Of a DNA stretch of 64,000 bases, positions 44,370 to 55,980 are shown one piece after another. Both the position numbers and the translations under genes were made by a program. The DNA comes from Picochlorum sp. SENEW3. Its lineage: Eukaryota. The stretch spans positions 1,054,001-1,118,000 of the forward strand of contig CP120454.1 of assembly GCA_034226945.1 (NCBI GenBank). The letters run 5' to 3'. The notes under the pieces are model-generated. The model searched no databases and was not told where the DNA came from. It saw only the letters and a program-made list of their open reading frames with translations. Position 1 is the first letter of the stretch; each line of letters begins with the position of its first letter.

Positions 44370-45287
44370 ATGTCTTTATCTAACGCACTATCAAGTGTTC
44401 AACGAATGGGCCGAGGGCCCCATGTGACCACCACGAGCAGCAGCAGCAGCAGCAGCAGCAGCGTTTGGCATACAAATGGAAAAAAGAAAAGCAACCATGC
44501 CCACGATCGTGATGCATATCGAGCACATTGTTATTCAAATGAGATGAAATCAGAGGACAGTGGGAAACAGGCGTCGTATGAGTTTACGTATCAAGGGAAT
44601 GATGGCAGGGAAAAGGCAACCTTTGAGCAGGCTTTCAAGTCTGGTATTCATGGCGGTGTTCAGGATTACATTGATAAAGCTCCTTGGGATTTTGGGTATC
44701 AAATGTCTGAGAAAAATCTGGTATGGCATGACGATTTGAAGGAGAGATTGTACTCGAGAGTTGTTAGTGAAGAGATGGACTTGACTGAAGAGGAATTGGA
44801 AGGATATTTGCATCGACTGAGAGCATTGCTGCCTGATGCGTCTGAGAAACTGATACATATGCCAGTCAAAACACTTGGGCGGCTTATACAGAGCATAGAT
44901 ACAATACCCGAACGGTTGATGAGGTTGAAGATGATTTTCCCCAAAGCCAATGCATCTCTGTTAGCCATTCGCAACCCAGAGCTGGTGCTTGGTTTTGATC
45001 CAGACCATTTGGAAACAATTGCGAATGAATTGAATGATATGTTTCCTAATTTAGAGGTGGATAAGATTGTGGAGGAGAATCCAAGCATGCTTGATATAGA
45101 AGAGTTGAAAGTTGCCATGGCCGAGGCGCAGCGGATCATGCCTCAGATGGATGTCCAGAAAGCCATGGGATCGGATCCGCAGCTGATTTTGAGTTTTCAG
45201 AGAGGAACACAATTGATTCCGTATGACCCTGTGTCGCCAGAGGAGAGGCAGAGAGATGAAGATGAGTACAATCAGTATTACAGTTAA
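44370..45287 (+). CDS. Hypothetical protein with a Ser-rich transit-like N-terminus (probably plastid)
   Basis: Intact ORF of about 305 aa; repeated LK.IFP..N / MFPNLEVDKIVEENPSML helical motifs. Confidence 0.7.
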   Translation: MSLSNALSSVQRMGRGPHVTTTSSSSSSSSSVWHTNGKKKSNHAHDRDAYRAHCYSNEMKSEDSGKQASYEFTYQGNDGREKATFEQAFKSGIHGGVQDYIDKAPWDFGYQMSEKNLVWHDDLKERLYSRVVSEEMDLTEEELEGYLHRLRALLPDASEKLIHMPVKTLGRLIQSIDTIPERLMRLKMIFPKANASLLAIRNPELVLGFDPDHLETIANELNDMFPNLEVDKIVEENPSMLDIEELKVAMAEAQRIMPQMDVQKAMGSDPQLILSFQRGTQLIPYDPVSPEERQRDEDEYNQYYS

Positions 45288-46697
45288 TTAATCTATTTGT
45301 TTGTTTGCAAATTTCTTTTGATACTCTTTGATACAGGAGAGTAATCTGTTAAAAAATACATCTACTTCTTCTGTTGTAGTTCCCAACGCTGCTGCTACGG
45401 TTATATATGTATGGGGGTATGCATCATGGCTCTGTCCGAATCCAAACAGAGTCACCCCACCCACTGTGGCAGTCTTTCCAGGGACGAGTACCCGTGCCCC
45501 TGATGCACTTCGTTGAAAGAGCATGGAGCCTAGAAATGATGCATTGCTCCCAAACGTATCCAATGTCATCCCAAATGACACGTCATTGCCTTTAATAATG
45601 AGAGGAGATTCTCCAATGTCTTTGGCAACTGTCTGCAATGTATTTCTCAAATACATTTCAACATGCTGCCTTTTCCTCAGCACATCTTCCCACCCTGAGG
45701 CCCCGAGATGCAATAGAGTCATAAGTAGATCAAGCGAAGGAGACATGGATGCTCGTCCGGGATACAATGAGTTGACAGCGTCGATCACGTCGGTCTGATG
45801 CTTGTGCGCCAGCATGACAGACCCACCAACAGGAACCATGAAATTCTTATCTGTACTCTGAACCACGACATCAACCCTTCCCTTCCGCCAAGCAGATGTC
45901 ACTAATTTACACATACTCTCTGATTGGATTCCATATGCATTGTTAATCACATGTGGAACATCCACTGCCTTGCACAGCTTGGCCACAGACACAACATCAT
46001 CAGGAGCCCTAGGAGCAAAACAACTGGTTGTGGACAAGACGCATGCTATTCTACTCGCACCCACGTTTTCAATCTCTGAACGTATTCTATCAACATCCGT
46101 CACAAGAGCATTCCCCTCCAACTTCAAGGGAACTACAATGGGCGTGTATCCTGCTGCAGAAATGCATTTTATACACGTCTTTTGATCAATCCTTGACCAC
46201 ACCACATAGGTCGCATCAGGATTCCTCTCCCGCAATACCATGAGTGCCAGCACAAGTGCCATACCAGTCGCCACAGGAATCGTCAATGCCTTTCCAACAT
46301 CTTCCAAACCAGCAATCCCACATGCATCCTTGACCAGGTGGTTTGTCAATTTTGCCAAGAGAGATGACCCAGCAGCCTTTGGCTGCTCCGCAGATAATTC
46401 CCCCGACCTACCAATACCATGAGACATTCCATAATGTCTTTTACGAACCAAATCGCAGACGACCCGCCCTTCTCGCTCGCCCAAGCCCACATTATCCACA
46501 AAATTATTGCTATCCATCAAAGCCACTTCATGAATGAATAATTCAATCATAGCATCATCCCAACCGACTTTCGGAAGCCTTCGCTCAGATAAAAGCGATT
46601 TAATAATCTTTCTCCGCCGATCAAGCGCTTGGGAACCCTGTCTAATATACCCAGGTGACACCAGGGAAGATGCAATGTCACAATTCTTGCCATCCAT
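45288..46697 (-). CDS. SEPSECS: O-phosphoseryl-tRNA(Sec) selenium transferase
   Basis: MDSNNF...GEREGR, HGIGRSG...QPKAAGSS, RIDQKTC, STTSCFAPR, NNAYG, VQSTDKNFMVPVGG, YPGRAS. Confidence 0.97.
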   Translation of the reverse strand: MDGKNCDIASSLVSPGYIRQGSQALDRRRKIIKSLLSERRLPKVGWDDAMIELFIHEVALMDSNNFVDNVGLGEREGRVVCDLVRKRHYGMSHGIGRSGELSAEQPKAAGSSLLAKLTNHLVKDACGIAGLEDVGKALTIPVATGMALVLALMVLRERNPDATYVVWSRIDQKTCIKCISAAGYTPIVVPLKLEGNALVTDVDRIRSEIENVGASRIACVLSTTSCFAPRAPDDVVSVAKLCKAVDVPHVINNAYGIQSESMCKLVTSAWRKGRVDVVVQSTDKNFMVPVGGSVMLAHKHQTDVIDAVNSLYPGRASMSPSLDLLMTLLHLGASGWEDVLRKRQHVEMYLRNTLQTVAKDIGESPLIIKGNDVSFGMTLDTFGSNASFLGSMLFQRSASGARVLVPGKTATVGGVTLFGFGQSHDAYPHTYITVAAALGTTTEEVDVFFNRLLSCIKEYQKKFANKQID

Positions 46698-46964
46698 ACT
46701 TGTGTTATTTCTTCTTGTTCTTGCTGTTCATTGGCATGATTGCGGTGTTATTCAATGGAATGCATGGCTTTTTTTCCTTTTGTATATCAAATCTGTATTC
46801 GAACAACACGTATTTGATCTAGGTACAAAAACAGCACAAGGGAATTCAAATCCAATCTTTTCTAAAAGTCTTATTTAAGCAACAACAGAGATCGAGATGC
46901 GTTTGTGTCTACATGTCCTTGCAGTCAACCCTTTCTTTATAGTATTACTTAATAATTGCCTGAT

Positions 46965-47983
46965 ATGATGTCCATCATGGATCCCGATGATGGCATCATC
47001 GATGAATTGCGTGGTATCAAGAATGTGATTCAAGAGGAAATAATTCCAGCATATATTTCCTTTACTGGCCCTTCCCATGAATTAAAAGACATAGAGAATA
47101 GATTTAAATCACAATGTAGCAGATTACGAGTGCTACAAAGGCAATTAGAGTCGCTTGTGGATGAAGCTGATGGGTACGCTTGCAACACACTTGCCCAAGT
47201 GTGTCCTTGTACATGGCGACAACAATGATCCACCCATCTTTCTTTGTTTGTGGTATTCTGTCCAGGGAAGAGGAATCAACGCAGTATATTACCCTCTTAT
47301 CAAAAGAGAAGCGTGATTATGAATCCATACAAGTAGGCTTCAAGTCTGCAGTCGCTCAGAGACGGGAGAAGCAACGAGAGAGAGCTGTACATGCTCGAGA
47401 AGAACTCTTGCGTGGGTCACAAGACATTGCGGGAGCTCGAAAGCAACTACAGACGGAATCAGATATTATTCGAACATCAGAAAATATCACAGATAGCTTA
47501 CGACGAACGAGAAACACCATGGCGCAGGTACTGCATGGATATCTATCCTGTTGTTGTTGTTGTACGTGTGTGCCTTTACAGTGCTGTTATTATTACTATG
47601 CGCAGGAATTGGAGCATAGCGGGGCGCAACTAGCTGCGATTGAAATGTCTAAAGAACGTCTTTTGAAGGCAAAATCAGAATACGGAGACCAACATTCATT
47701 ACTATCCAAATCCAAAGGATTGATCAAGGTGATCAACTGGCAGAACAAGTCAGAGCGATACCTCTTGTGGGCTGGTCTGCTCCTCTTCTGCCTCGTGGCA
47801 ATGTATATTATTCAAAAACGGTTTCTGTATTTCGTACCTCATAGTATGCGACCGATGGCTCTGCTACAGTATGTGGCGCATATGCTGTACTACATATTCA
47901 AAAAGAAACACACCAGTGAACAGCATGAAGAGGAGGAGGAGGATCACCCTGCTAGTACTATTCCTGCACCTGATGAATTGTAA
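46965..47983 (+). CDS. SEC20: SNARE SEC20/BNIP1 (introns 47174-47265, 47528-47605)
   Basis: REELL, SENITDSLRRTRNTMAQELE SNARE motif, TM segment, C-terminal PDEL. Confidence 0.82.
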
Positions 47984-48240
47984 CATGCAAATGAATGGTA
48001 ATTCTCTTCACCGGGTCACCATGTCCGACGTGTTGAGTTCCATAGAGATTCTCTCTGCGTGACATCGTGTCCTTGGTGATCATACTACTTGCAACTAGTA
48101 ATACAATTGTGTTGAGGAATTGAAGAGTGCTCATGGAGCCCACTCATGTCTGTGATGACCACAAATGCCATTGCCAGATTCGCTCTTCCCTATGAGCCAC
48201 ACCGAATTGTATTTAATATATATTTTGCAGTACCAACCAA

Positions 48241-50937
48241 ATGAATTCGGCAAAGGGAGGGTTGGGAAAGTTGTGTAAACAACTGGCGCACCGAACGCGC
48301 CAATGTCTCGAGACTGGTTCAGAGGGTGGCATTGGGTTTCAACAGAATGGTGGGCTTTCTTTTTATTCTTGGATTGAAAATGGATTCACGAAAGGTGCAT
48401 TGGGTACCCCTGGACCATTCTTACATGGGAGGCCTCAAACGACACTGAGGGCACTTTTGACGCAAAAAGGGCCTTGTTCGGGGAAAACACCGTCAAAAGT
48501 ATCGAATATTTTAAATAATAATAGACGGATGTATAGTACGAATGATCCTTCGCCGCGACGTGGCTGGGAGAAGTTTTACCCGAAAGGAAAAGGTCGAAGG
48601 CCTGTACAGGCGAAGAAACCGCAGGCTGAGGAGGGGGCGAAATCTGATCAGGCTGGGGATACTGCTATGGAGACGACATTGAGGAAGAGTCTGCAGCAGC
48701 TTATTCCTATGCTGGGTATCGGGCTCTTGGTGACGTCCTTCTTGAGCCCTGGAAGGGAGTTTGCTCAGGAGGTGTCATTTCAGTGGTTTAAAACTCATTT
48801 GCTGGCTCAGGGATTGGTGGAGCGTATGGAGGTTGCAAATAAACAGACTGTCAAGGTGTATATTAGACCTTCTGCTGTGCGTTCTTTGGTTTTAGCGCAG
48901 CAGCAGGATGGAGGTGTTGGGGATGCGACTGCAGATTCTGAAATGCAATACAACACTGAGAGTGATTCCATGCAGACGAGCACAGACACCATGTCGAGTG
49001 GACCACGGCGAAGGGAGGAGGGTGTGTATCGATTCTACTTTAATATTGGTAGTGTGGATGCGTTCGAAAGATCTCTCGAGGATGCCCAGAAGGATCTTGG
49101 TGTGGATCCTTCGGATTGGGTGCCTGTCAAGTATACAAATGAAATGAGTTGGTCGCAGGAAATTTGGCGACTGGCGCCAACCATCTTATTGATTGCGGGG
49201 TATGTATGGTTTACGAGGAGGCAATTTGGTGGATTGATGGGTGGTGGAGGGCCTCCAGGACAGGGAGGCAGAGGTTTGTTTAATGTTGGCAAGGCACAAG
49301 TTACCGTGTTTGATAAAGCGTCGAAAGACAAGGTCACATTCAAGGATGTTGCGGGGTGTGATGAAGCAAAAGTTGAAATCATGGAGTTTGTCAATTTCCT
49401 AAAGAAACCAGGTAAATACAGAGAGTTGGGGGCCAAGATTCCCAGAGGAGCTCTGCTTGTCGGTCCTCCAGGAACAGGAAAGACATTGCTGGCAAAGGCT
49501 ACGGCTGGAGAGGCAGGCGTGCCATTCTTGTCGATATCTGGGTCTGATTTTATGGAAATGTTTGTCGGAGTTGGTCCAGCGAGGGTGAGGGATTTGTTTG
49601 CACAAGCTAGAGCACAAGCCCCATCAATCATTTTCATTGATGAGATTGATGCTATTGGAAGGGCAAGGGGGAAGAGCGGCTTTGCAGGTGGAAATGATGA
49701 GCGAGAGAATACGCTGAATCAATTGCTTGTGGAGATGGATGGGTTCCCCACAACGGCCAATGTGGTGGTTCTTGGGGGAACAAATCGAGCTGATGTTCTG
49801 GACAAGGCATTGCTTCGACCAGGTCGATTTGACCGTCAAGTGTCCATCGACAGACCTGATATCAATGGCCGTGAGGAAATTTTCAGAGTTCATCTCAAAA
49901 AGATCAAATTGGATAAGCCTATCGAGCACTACAGTGAGAGACTAGCGGCTCTGACTCCTGGTTTTGCTGGAGCAGATATTGCAAATGTGTGCAATGAAGC
50001 AGCATTGATTGCTGCTAGAGCAAATAAGGATGCCGTATCCATGGTTGATTTTGAATCTGCTGTGGACAGGGTCATTGGTGGTTTAGAAAAGAAGAACAAG
50101 GTGATCAGCAAGCAAGAGCGTGTCACAGTTGCCTATCACGAGGCAGGGCATGCTGTGATTGGTTGGTTCCTGGAACATGCAGAGCCATTGCTCAAAGTTT
50201 CCATCGTACCTCGTGGTACAGCGGCGTTAGGATTTGCACAGTATCTCCCGAATGAAAATTTACTCATGACAACGGAACAAATGAGTGATATGATGGCCAT
50301 GGCCCTAGGAGGTCGAGTTGCTGAGGAGGTGATGCTCGGAAAGATTTCCACTGGTGCTCAAAACGATCTGGAGAGGGTTACTCGAATGGCGTACAGCCAA
50401 GTCGCCCTCTATGGAATGAATGCTAAAATTGGACTGTTATCCTACCCACCAGAAGACGGACGAATTGACAAGCCCTACAGTGAAGACACTGCCAAAGTCA
50501 TTGACACAGAGGTGCGCCAGTTGGTCGATGTTGCATACAAACGCACAAAGGAGATGATGATCCAAAAGAAGGATCTCGTCGAAAAGATGGCTCAATCACT
50601 TCTCGATAAAGAAGTGTTAAACCTGGAAGAGCTCGAGCAACTCCTTGGAAAGAGACCATTCAAAGTGGAAGGTCTGCGCAACATTGACAAGTATGCCGGT
50701 GGATTTGGAAATGACACAGACACACCCCACCAAAGCAACAACCCACAGGTGCAGGACGATCCCGCTGTCGAGACATACGCTGCCCAAACAGAAGACGCTC
50801 AAATCACTTCTGAAAACGAGGCTGACGACAAGGACGATGATCCATCTGGAACAGGGAGCATGAAACCATCATCCGTCAGAAAAAAGCCAAAGCCAAACGA
50901 CGGAACCCTCAAACCGGGAACAATTGTCGCGTCATAA
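48241..50937 (+). CDS. Mitochondrial m-AAA FtsH metalloprotease (FtsH3/10, AFG3L2-like)
   Basis: [53 protein letters not shown]. Confidence 0.96.
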   Translation: MNSAKGGLGKLCKQLAHRTRQCLETGSEGGIGFQQNGGLSFYSWIENGFTKGALGTPGPFLHGRPQTTLRALLTQKGPCSGKTPSKVSNILNNNRRMYSTNDPSPRRGWEKFYPKGKGRRPVQAKKPQAEEGAKSDQAGDTAMETTLRKSLQQLIPMLGIGLLVTSFLSPGREFAQEVSFQWFKTHLLAQGLVERMEVANKQTVKVYIRPSAVRSLVLAQQQDGGVGDATADSEMQYNTESDSMQTSTDTMSSGPRRREEGVYRFYFNIGSVDAFERSLEDAQKDLGVDPSDWVPVKYTNEMSWSQEIWRLAPTILLIAGYVWFTRRQFGGLMGGGGPPGQGGRGLFNVGKAQVTVFDKASKDKVTFKDVAGCDEAKVEIMEFVNFLKKPGKYRELGAKIPRGALLVGPPGTGKTLLAKATAGEAGVPFLSISGSDFMEMFVGVGPARVRDLFAQARAQAPSIIFIDEIDAIGRARGKSGFAGGNDERENTLNQLLVEMDGFPTTANVVVLGGTNRADVLDKALLRPGRFDRQVSIDRPDINGREEIFRVHLKKIKLDKPIEHYSERLAALTPGFAGADIANVCNEAALIAARANKDAVSMVDFESAVDRVIGGLEKKNKVISKQERVTVAYHEAGHAVIGWFLEHAEPLLKVSIVPRGTAALGFAQYLPNENLLMTTEQMSDMMAMALGGRVAEEVMLGKISTGAQNDLERVTRMAYSQVALYGMNAKIGLLSYPPEDGRIDKPYSEDTAKVIDTEVRQLVDVAYKRTKEMMIQKKDLVEKMAQSLLDKEVLNLEELEQLLGKRPFKVEGLRNIDKYAGGFGNDTDTPHQSNNPQVQDDPAVETYAAQTEDAQITSENEADDKDDDPSGTGSMKPSSVRKKPKPNDGTLKPGTIVAS

Positions 50938-50985
50938 TATATATATAATTACATTTGTATTATAGCAATCATAATACGATTTCAT

Positions 50986-51411
50986 CTAAACAATTGTGTT
51001 GGAAGCAGCTGCAATACGAGGCCACAAGTCGGCACACTCCTTTGCTACTGGCCCAGCAATTGCCGACCCCTTCATCTCTCCCTTCACATTCACAATCACT
51101 CCCGCATTATCCTCAAAGTAGATGTAGGTTCCATCCTTCCTACGCCATGGCTTGCGCTGACGAACAACAATAGCAGAGTGCACCTTCTTTCTCAAATCTG
51201 GCTTTCCCTTCTTCACAGTAGCCATCACCATATCTCCTGGTGCGGCAGCTGGAAGACGATTCAACCTAGCTCCCCATCCGACTACAGAGATAATATAGAG
51301 ATTCTTACCTCCACTATTATCAGCGCAATTGATGGTGGCAGCAACTGGAAGACCGAGCGTGATGCGGAACTTATTTCCCTTCACACCACCTTTTCTCACG
51401 ACAGTGGCCAT
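50986..51411 (-). CDS. RPL23: 60S ribosomal protein uL14 (L23); probable 5' UTR intron 51434-51726
   Basis: [41 protein letters not shown]. Confidence 0.98.
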   Translation of the reverse strand: MATVVRKGGVKGNKFRITLGLPVAATINCADNSGGKNLYIISVVGWGARLNRLPAAAPGDMVMATVKKGKPDLRKKVHSAIVVRQRKPWRRKDGTYIYFEDNAGVIVNVKGEMKGSAIAGPVAKECADLWPRIAAASNTIV

Positions 51412-52005
51412 TTTTTATAATGCTGAGTATACCCTGAACAATATAATCAACACAGACTGAGTTAGAATTCGGTCGATCGACTCTATGACGAAATTACCCA
51501 CTCCACCGCCGTCACGGTCGCACACACCAACACGAACGAAACAGCGTATATATATCCACAACCACACTAATATCAATACAATAACAATATTCTACCATTC
51601 CATCCCATCAGATCACCGCGTTGCGACGTGGCAATACTCGAACGCCATGCCGCCGCTCTCAGTCTCATTCAGACTGGCAATCATCCAAGAAGAATGGGTC
51701 GATATGACGTCATGAAGTGGACATACCTCGTCTACAAAAGTATTTCTAGTTACAAGGATACTCTGGGGGATGAACCATGATTCCTTGTAGCAGTCGATGC
51801 GACTCGCACAGTGACCAAACTAATTCGATACTTACTTAATGTTCTAAATAACACCAACAAAAGGTGTTGTTCATGGCAGTTTGTGACACTTGACCCGATG
51901 GCGGTGCGCTATTTTTCACGATACAAACCCAGAACCTGTAGAAAGATACATACACCCAGCCATATAGAAATTCTAGTTTGAGTAGATCCACAGCAAAGGT
52001 CCATC

Positions 52006-53322
52006 ATGTCTATCAGACAGCGTCTTGCGAAGAGGCTTCTTTGCATACAGTCGCCATCGTCGTCTCTATCATCAGTATTTGAGAATCAATATGCATCAGC
52101 AGCAGGGCATATGCCATCGATTGCGTCATCATCTTCCTCTGTGTCCAGCATACAGCAGCAACAACAACAACCAAGCAGGCGTTTTTCTATTCTTCGGTCC
52201 AGTATGACTGGAGAATCTCAGCATCTTACACATCATCAGATGCAATCATATCGTCATTTCAGCATACTTCCTTCATCGTGGGGTCGCAAACAAGAAGAAG
52301 AAGAGACTGATGCTGGGATCACTACATCCTCCAGTGATGATGATTCAGGAGCATTACAGATTGCCGAGACACCCGTGGAAGAGATTATTAGTATTGCCGA
52401 GGTAGCTGAGAAGGCAACTTTAGAAGGCGCCATGGAAGGTGCATGGCTGCCGACTCGAACGTTGCAGTGGATTTTAGAGTCTGTTCACCATGGCAGTGGT
52501 TTGGCATGGTGGCAGTCAATTATGCTGACGACAGTTGGGATTCGAGCAATCACGTTTCCAATCATGCTGATGCAAATTAAAAATACATATAGACTCTCGC
52601 AGGCGCGACCAGAGGTGGAACACCTCGTTGCTCATCTAAAGGAAGAACAAGCAAAAGGAAACCCAAATGCTACAGCAGAGTATCAGCAGCAGGTGATGCG
52701 AGTCTGGCAAAAGTATAATGCCAATCCGTTGAAAAGCATGGCGAGTATTTTCGTACAAGCACCATTACTTATTGGTTTCTTCTCGGCATTACGGGGACTG
52801 GCAGCAGCAAAAGTCCCATCCATGGTGGATGGAGGCACCTTGTGGTTCCAGGATTTGACTGTGGCGGATCCCACATACGCCCTCCCAATCATCTCAGCAG
52901 CGTCTTTTCTTTTGATGATTGAGTTGAATGCGGCAGATGGAATGGAAGGACAGACTGATACGATGAGGTCGAGGTTCAAAAACATCATGAGAGGCGTGGC
53001 TGTGCTCATTGTCCCCTTCACCATGGACCTCCCTGCAGGGGTGTTTATGTATTGGACAGCAAGCAATATGGTCTCATTGGTGCAGTCTTCTGTTTTGAAA
53101 ATCCCATCAGTGAAGAAGACACTCGGCATCCCTGTTCTTCAGAAACCTGGGACAGCCTCTGCCTCCTCCTCCTCCTCCTCCTTGCCATCAGTTCAACAAC
53201 AAGAGATCCTGCAAGGCACGCCTACAGCAACAGGGCCCGTCACATTTGCTCAAAAGCCAAAATCAGTTCCTCAAAAGTCATCAAAAAGCAAATCGAGGAA
53301 GAAAAAGAGAAAGACATCATGA
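52006..53322 (+). CDS. OXA1: Mitochondrial inner-membrane insertase OXA1
   Basis: GLAWWQSI...TVGIR, FVQAPL.IGFF.ALR, GGTLWFQDLT.ADP, FMYWTASN; presequence. Confidence 0.93.
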   Translation: MSIRQRLAKRLLCIQSPSSSLSSVFENQYASAAGHMPSIASSSSSVSSIQQQQQQPSRRFSILRSSMTGESQHLTHHQMQSYRHFSILPSSWGRKQEEEETDAGITTSSSDDDSGALQIAETPVEEIISIAEVAEKATLEGAMEGAWLPTRTLQWILESVHHGSGLAWWQSIMLTTVGIRAITFPIMLMQIKNTYRLSQARPEVEHLVAHLKEEQAKGNPNATAEYQQQVMRVWQKYNANPLKSMASIFVQAPLLIGFFSALRGLAAAKVPSMVDGGTLWFQDLTVADPTYALPIISAASFLLMIELNAADGMEGQTDTMRSRFKNIMRGVAVLIVPFTMDLPAGVFMYWTASNMVSLVQSSVLKIPSVKKTLGIPVLQKPGTASASSSSSSLPSVQQQEILQGTPTATGPVTFAQKPKSVPQKSSKSKSRKKKRKTS

Positions 53323-53537
53323 TATATAGCCCTTAAAAAGGGATTTTTAAAAAAAGATAGACACCACGTCAGCCAACAAAGTCAAACAACCCCGGCCCCA
53401 ATCCCATTGTTCAATATACACCAATAAAAATCAAGACAACGCTGTCATTGCGTTATATGTATCAAAATATCAGGAGCACGCCTTCCAGACCTATCATAAC
53501 GACCTCGTAGGAACAACAACAGAATACAACAAGAACA

Positions 53538-54701
53538 ATGGGAGTCGGATTAAGGCGTGTCGCAGAAAAGTGCGTATTCATGGATCGATGTGAACGAGAT
53601 GTATGCAGATCGTGACAATACACACGGGTGACTGACTCGATCATCGATCATGCCTCTGTGCAGGATGCGACAGGCCACTGGGCTTGGAGAGCGTAATTTT
53701 CAGAGAACATCCAACCAAAGGAATGAATCAATGATGAAGGAAGCCCATGATTTTGCATCGCATCTGAAAAAATGCGACAAGGCAATCTCAGACATGAAGT
53801 CGTCCTGCGAGTCCATGTTATCGACGACTAAAATTGCAATGGCAGCTCCATTGCCACGCCTTTATGAAGACACTGCTGCTGTTTCTGGTGCGTCGGTGAA
53901 ATCAGTAGAGTCGATAGGAGGGCCAGGGTTTAGGAGTGAAGAATTTGGCCGTCTGTCTCAGACAGCGTCTGCCTCGATCGAGTCCCAGGTATTGGTTCCA
54001 ATAAAGCGTTGGTTGGATGTCTTCCATGCGTTGAATGCACGAATGAAAGAGGTAGAGGCGTTGAGGTTGGAGGTTGATTCTCGTAGACACACGGTGATTG
54101 ATCTGGCATCCAGTGTGGATAAGCAGAGAGCCAAGCTTGGCAAGGTTGGTGGGCATGATGCCAAGTTGGAGGCGCATTTGGATGATACTATTAAAAAGCT
54201 GCAGCACAAGGAGGGAAAACTGACATGTACGTGGTAGTATTATTATGGAGCTGGTCGTGTATAGAATTGTATTTTACTCTTGTATTGGTTAATGATGCAG
54301 TGGCTGTACAATCGTACCAGGAGAAGGAACAGGCACTGTACTCTGATCTATCCACCTTGATCAAAGATGCTGCTTGGTTGCGACACTATATAGCATCGGC
54401 TTTAAAGGTACAGGGCGATGCTCTCATCGGAGGGGCAGGTGCGTTGGGAGAGAATACTCGACCAGACACCTCTGTGTCCATGTCTGGTTTGTCATTGGGA
54501 AGCAAAGGCACCCAAGGGACGGTATCAACAAACACAGCTCAACCATCGACGCAGCAATCAGATGACACAGAGAAGAAGAGTGCCGCAAATGATACAGAGA
54601 TTGAAGCACATCCTTCTGGCAGCCCCAAGGGTGAGCAAGCCCCAGCCACCTCGGAGGGTACCAGCAACCCATTCCTGTCATCAGGTGTTATTCCTCAGTA
54701 A
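53538..54701 (+). CDS. BAR-like coiled-coil protein, paralog A (exons 53538-53569, 53664-54226, 54301-54701)
   Basis: Amphipathic N-terminus RRVAEKMRQATG; ESQVLVPIKRW...LRLEVDSRRH resembles N-BAR helix 2. Confidence 0.7.
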
Positions 54702-55009
54702 GAATGTAATAGTACTAATGATGACCACACGGTCATCTTTATTGTAGTTGTCTTACGATAGCATAAAAAACGAATAAAATATGCACGATCAAGATCCATC
54801 AAGCGCCGCGGCGTACGCCTCGAGGCCTCCATGGAGGCACGGAAGATCTAGATCTCTCCGGCAGAGATGAAGATCATAGTCATCCTCCGGCATCCACATG
54901 AGACAAACCTAATTCAATTCGGCCAGTGTTTCACTTTTATAACATATATATACGTGATTTAAAATCTTCAAGTGGAAAGTTTTTTGCTGATTCCGTGAAC
55001 TCCATAAGA

Positions 55010-55908
55010 ATGAACGTATTTACAAGACGTGTCAAGGAAAAGTACGATACCGATCGGCCCTGATACAACAGTCCCGGATACAAGACTGATTCATAATTAC
55101 ATTATTTGTATGTAGGGTTCGCCAGAGTACTGGCTTTACTGGGAGCATCGAGCCAACCCCAAATGACGAGTACATGAAAATGGTGAAAAGTTGCGGCGAT
55201 TTTCAGACTGAATTGAAAAAGACGTACACAAAATTGTCTGCGATGAAGTCTGCTACTGATGAATTTGCTGTTCATGCGAAAAAGTTGCTTCATACTGCGT
55301 TGCCACAGTCATACTCGGAGTCCGCGGCCGCTTCCGGAGGGGCAGCCCAGCAAATCAAGTATGTTGGCGGGTCAAAGATTGATGACGAGGGGTTGTCTGC
55401 GGCGAATATGGCCGTGTCTCACAAGCTTGAGAGTGAAGTTCTTGTGCCCATTAAGAAGTGGTTGGACTCGTACGATTCTGTAAAGTCGAGCGTGAAGAAG
55501 GTTGAGGATCTTCGCCTTGAGGTTGATTCTCGTCGCCACACGGTGGCTGATTTGTCGGCACAGGTGGATAAATACAGAGCCAAATTGAACAAAGGACCTG
55601 ATCCCAAGGTTGAAAATAATATGGAGGAGACGATCAAGAAGTTGCAACACAAGGAAGGGAAATTGACCTTGACACAGGAGAGGTTCAATGAGGCATCTTC
55701 AGTGTTGAAGAGCAATCTTGAGAAGCTCATCACAACAGCTGCTGATACCAAGTATTACATCAGTGTGGCGTTCAAGGAACAGGCGACTGCCTATGACGCT
55801 GCTGTGAAGGCAATTGGGGATGTGGATCCACCAACACCTCTTGATCTCTCTTCCCTGACCATTGCTGACCAGGATACGGAATCATCTCCTCAGCCAGAGT
55901 CTCCATAG
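55010..55908 (+). CDS. BAR-like coiled-coil protein, paralog B (exons 55010-55041, 55116-55908)
   Basis: RRVKEKVRQSTG; ESEVLVPIKKW...LRLEVDSRRHTV; TIKKLQHKEGKLT is shared with paralog A. Confidence 0.7.
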
Positions 55909-55980
55909 ACGGTCTGGTGTGGTGATCTATACAGATGCTGTTGTTTTTTGCTTACACATATGACGATCTGTGATGCATTT

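Noticed and set aside
51620..51690. tRNA(Sec)-like or U3-like RNA
   Set aside because: GTTCGA and GAUGA motifs are present, but no cloverleaf, anticodon arm or U3 box A/B could be built.
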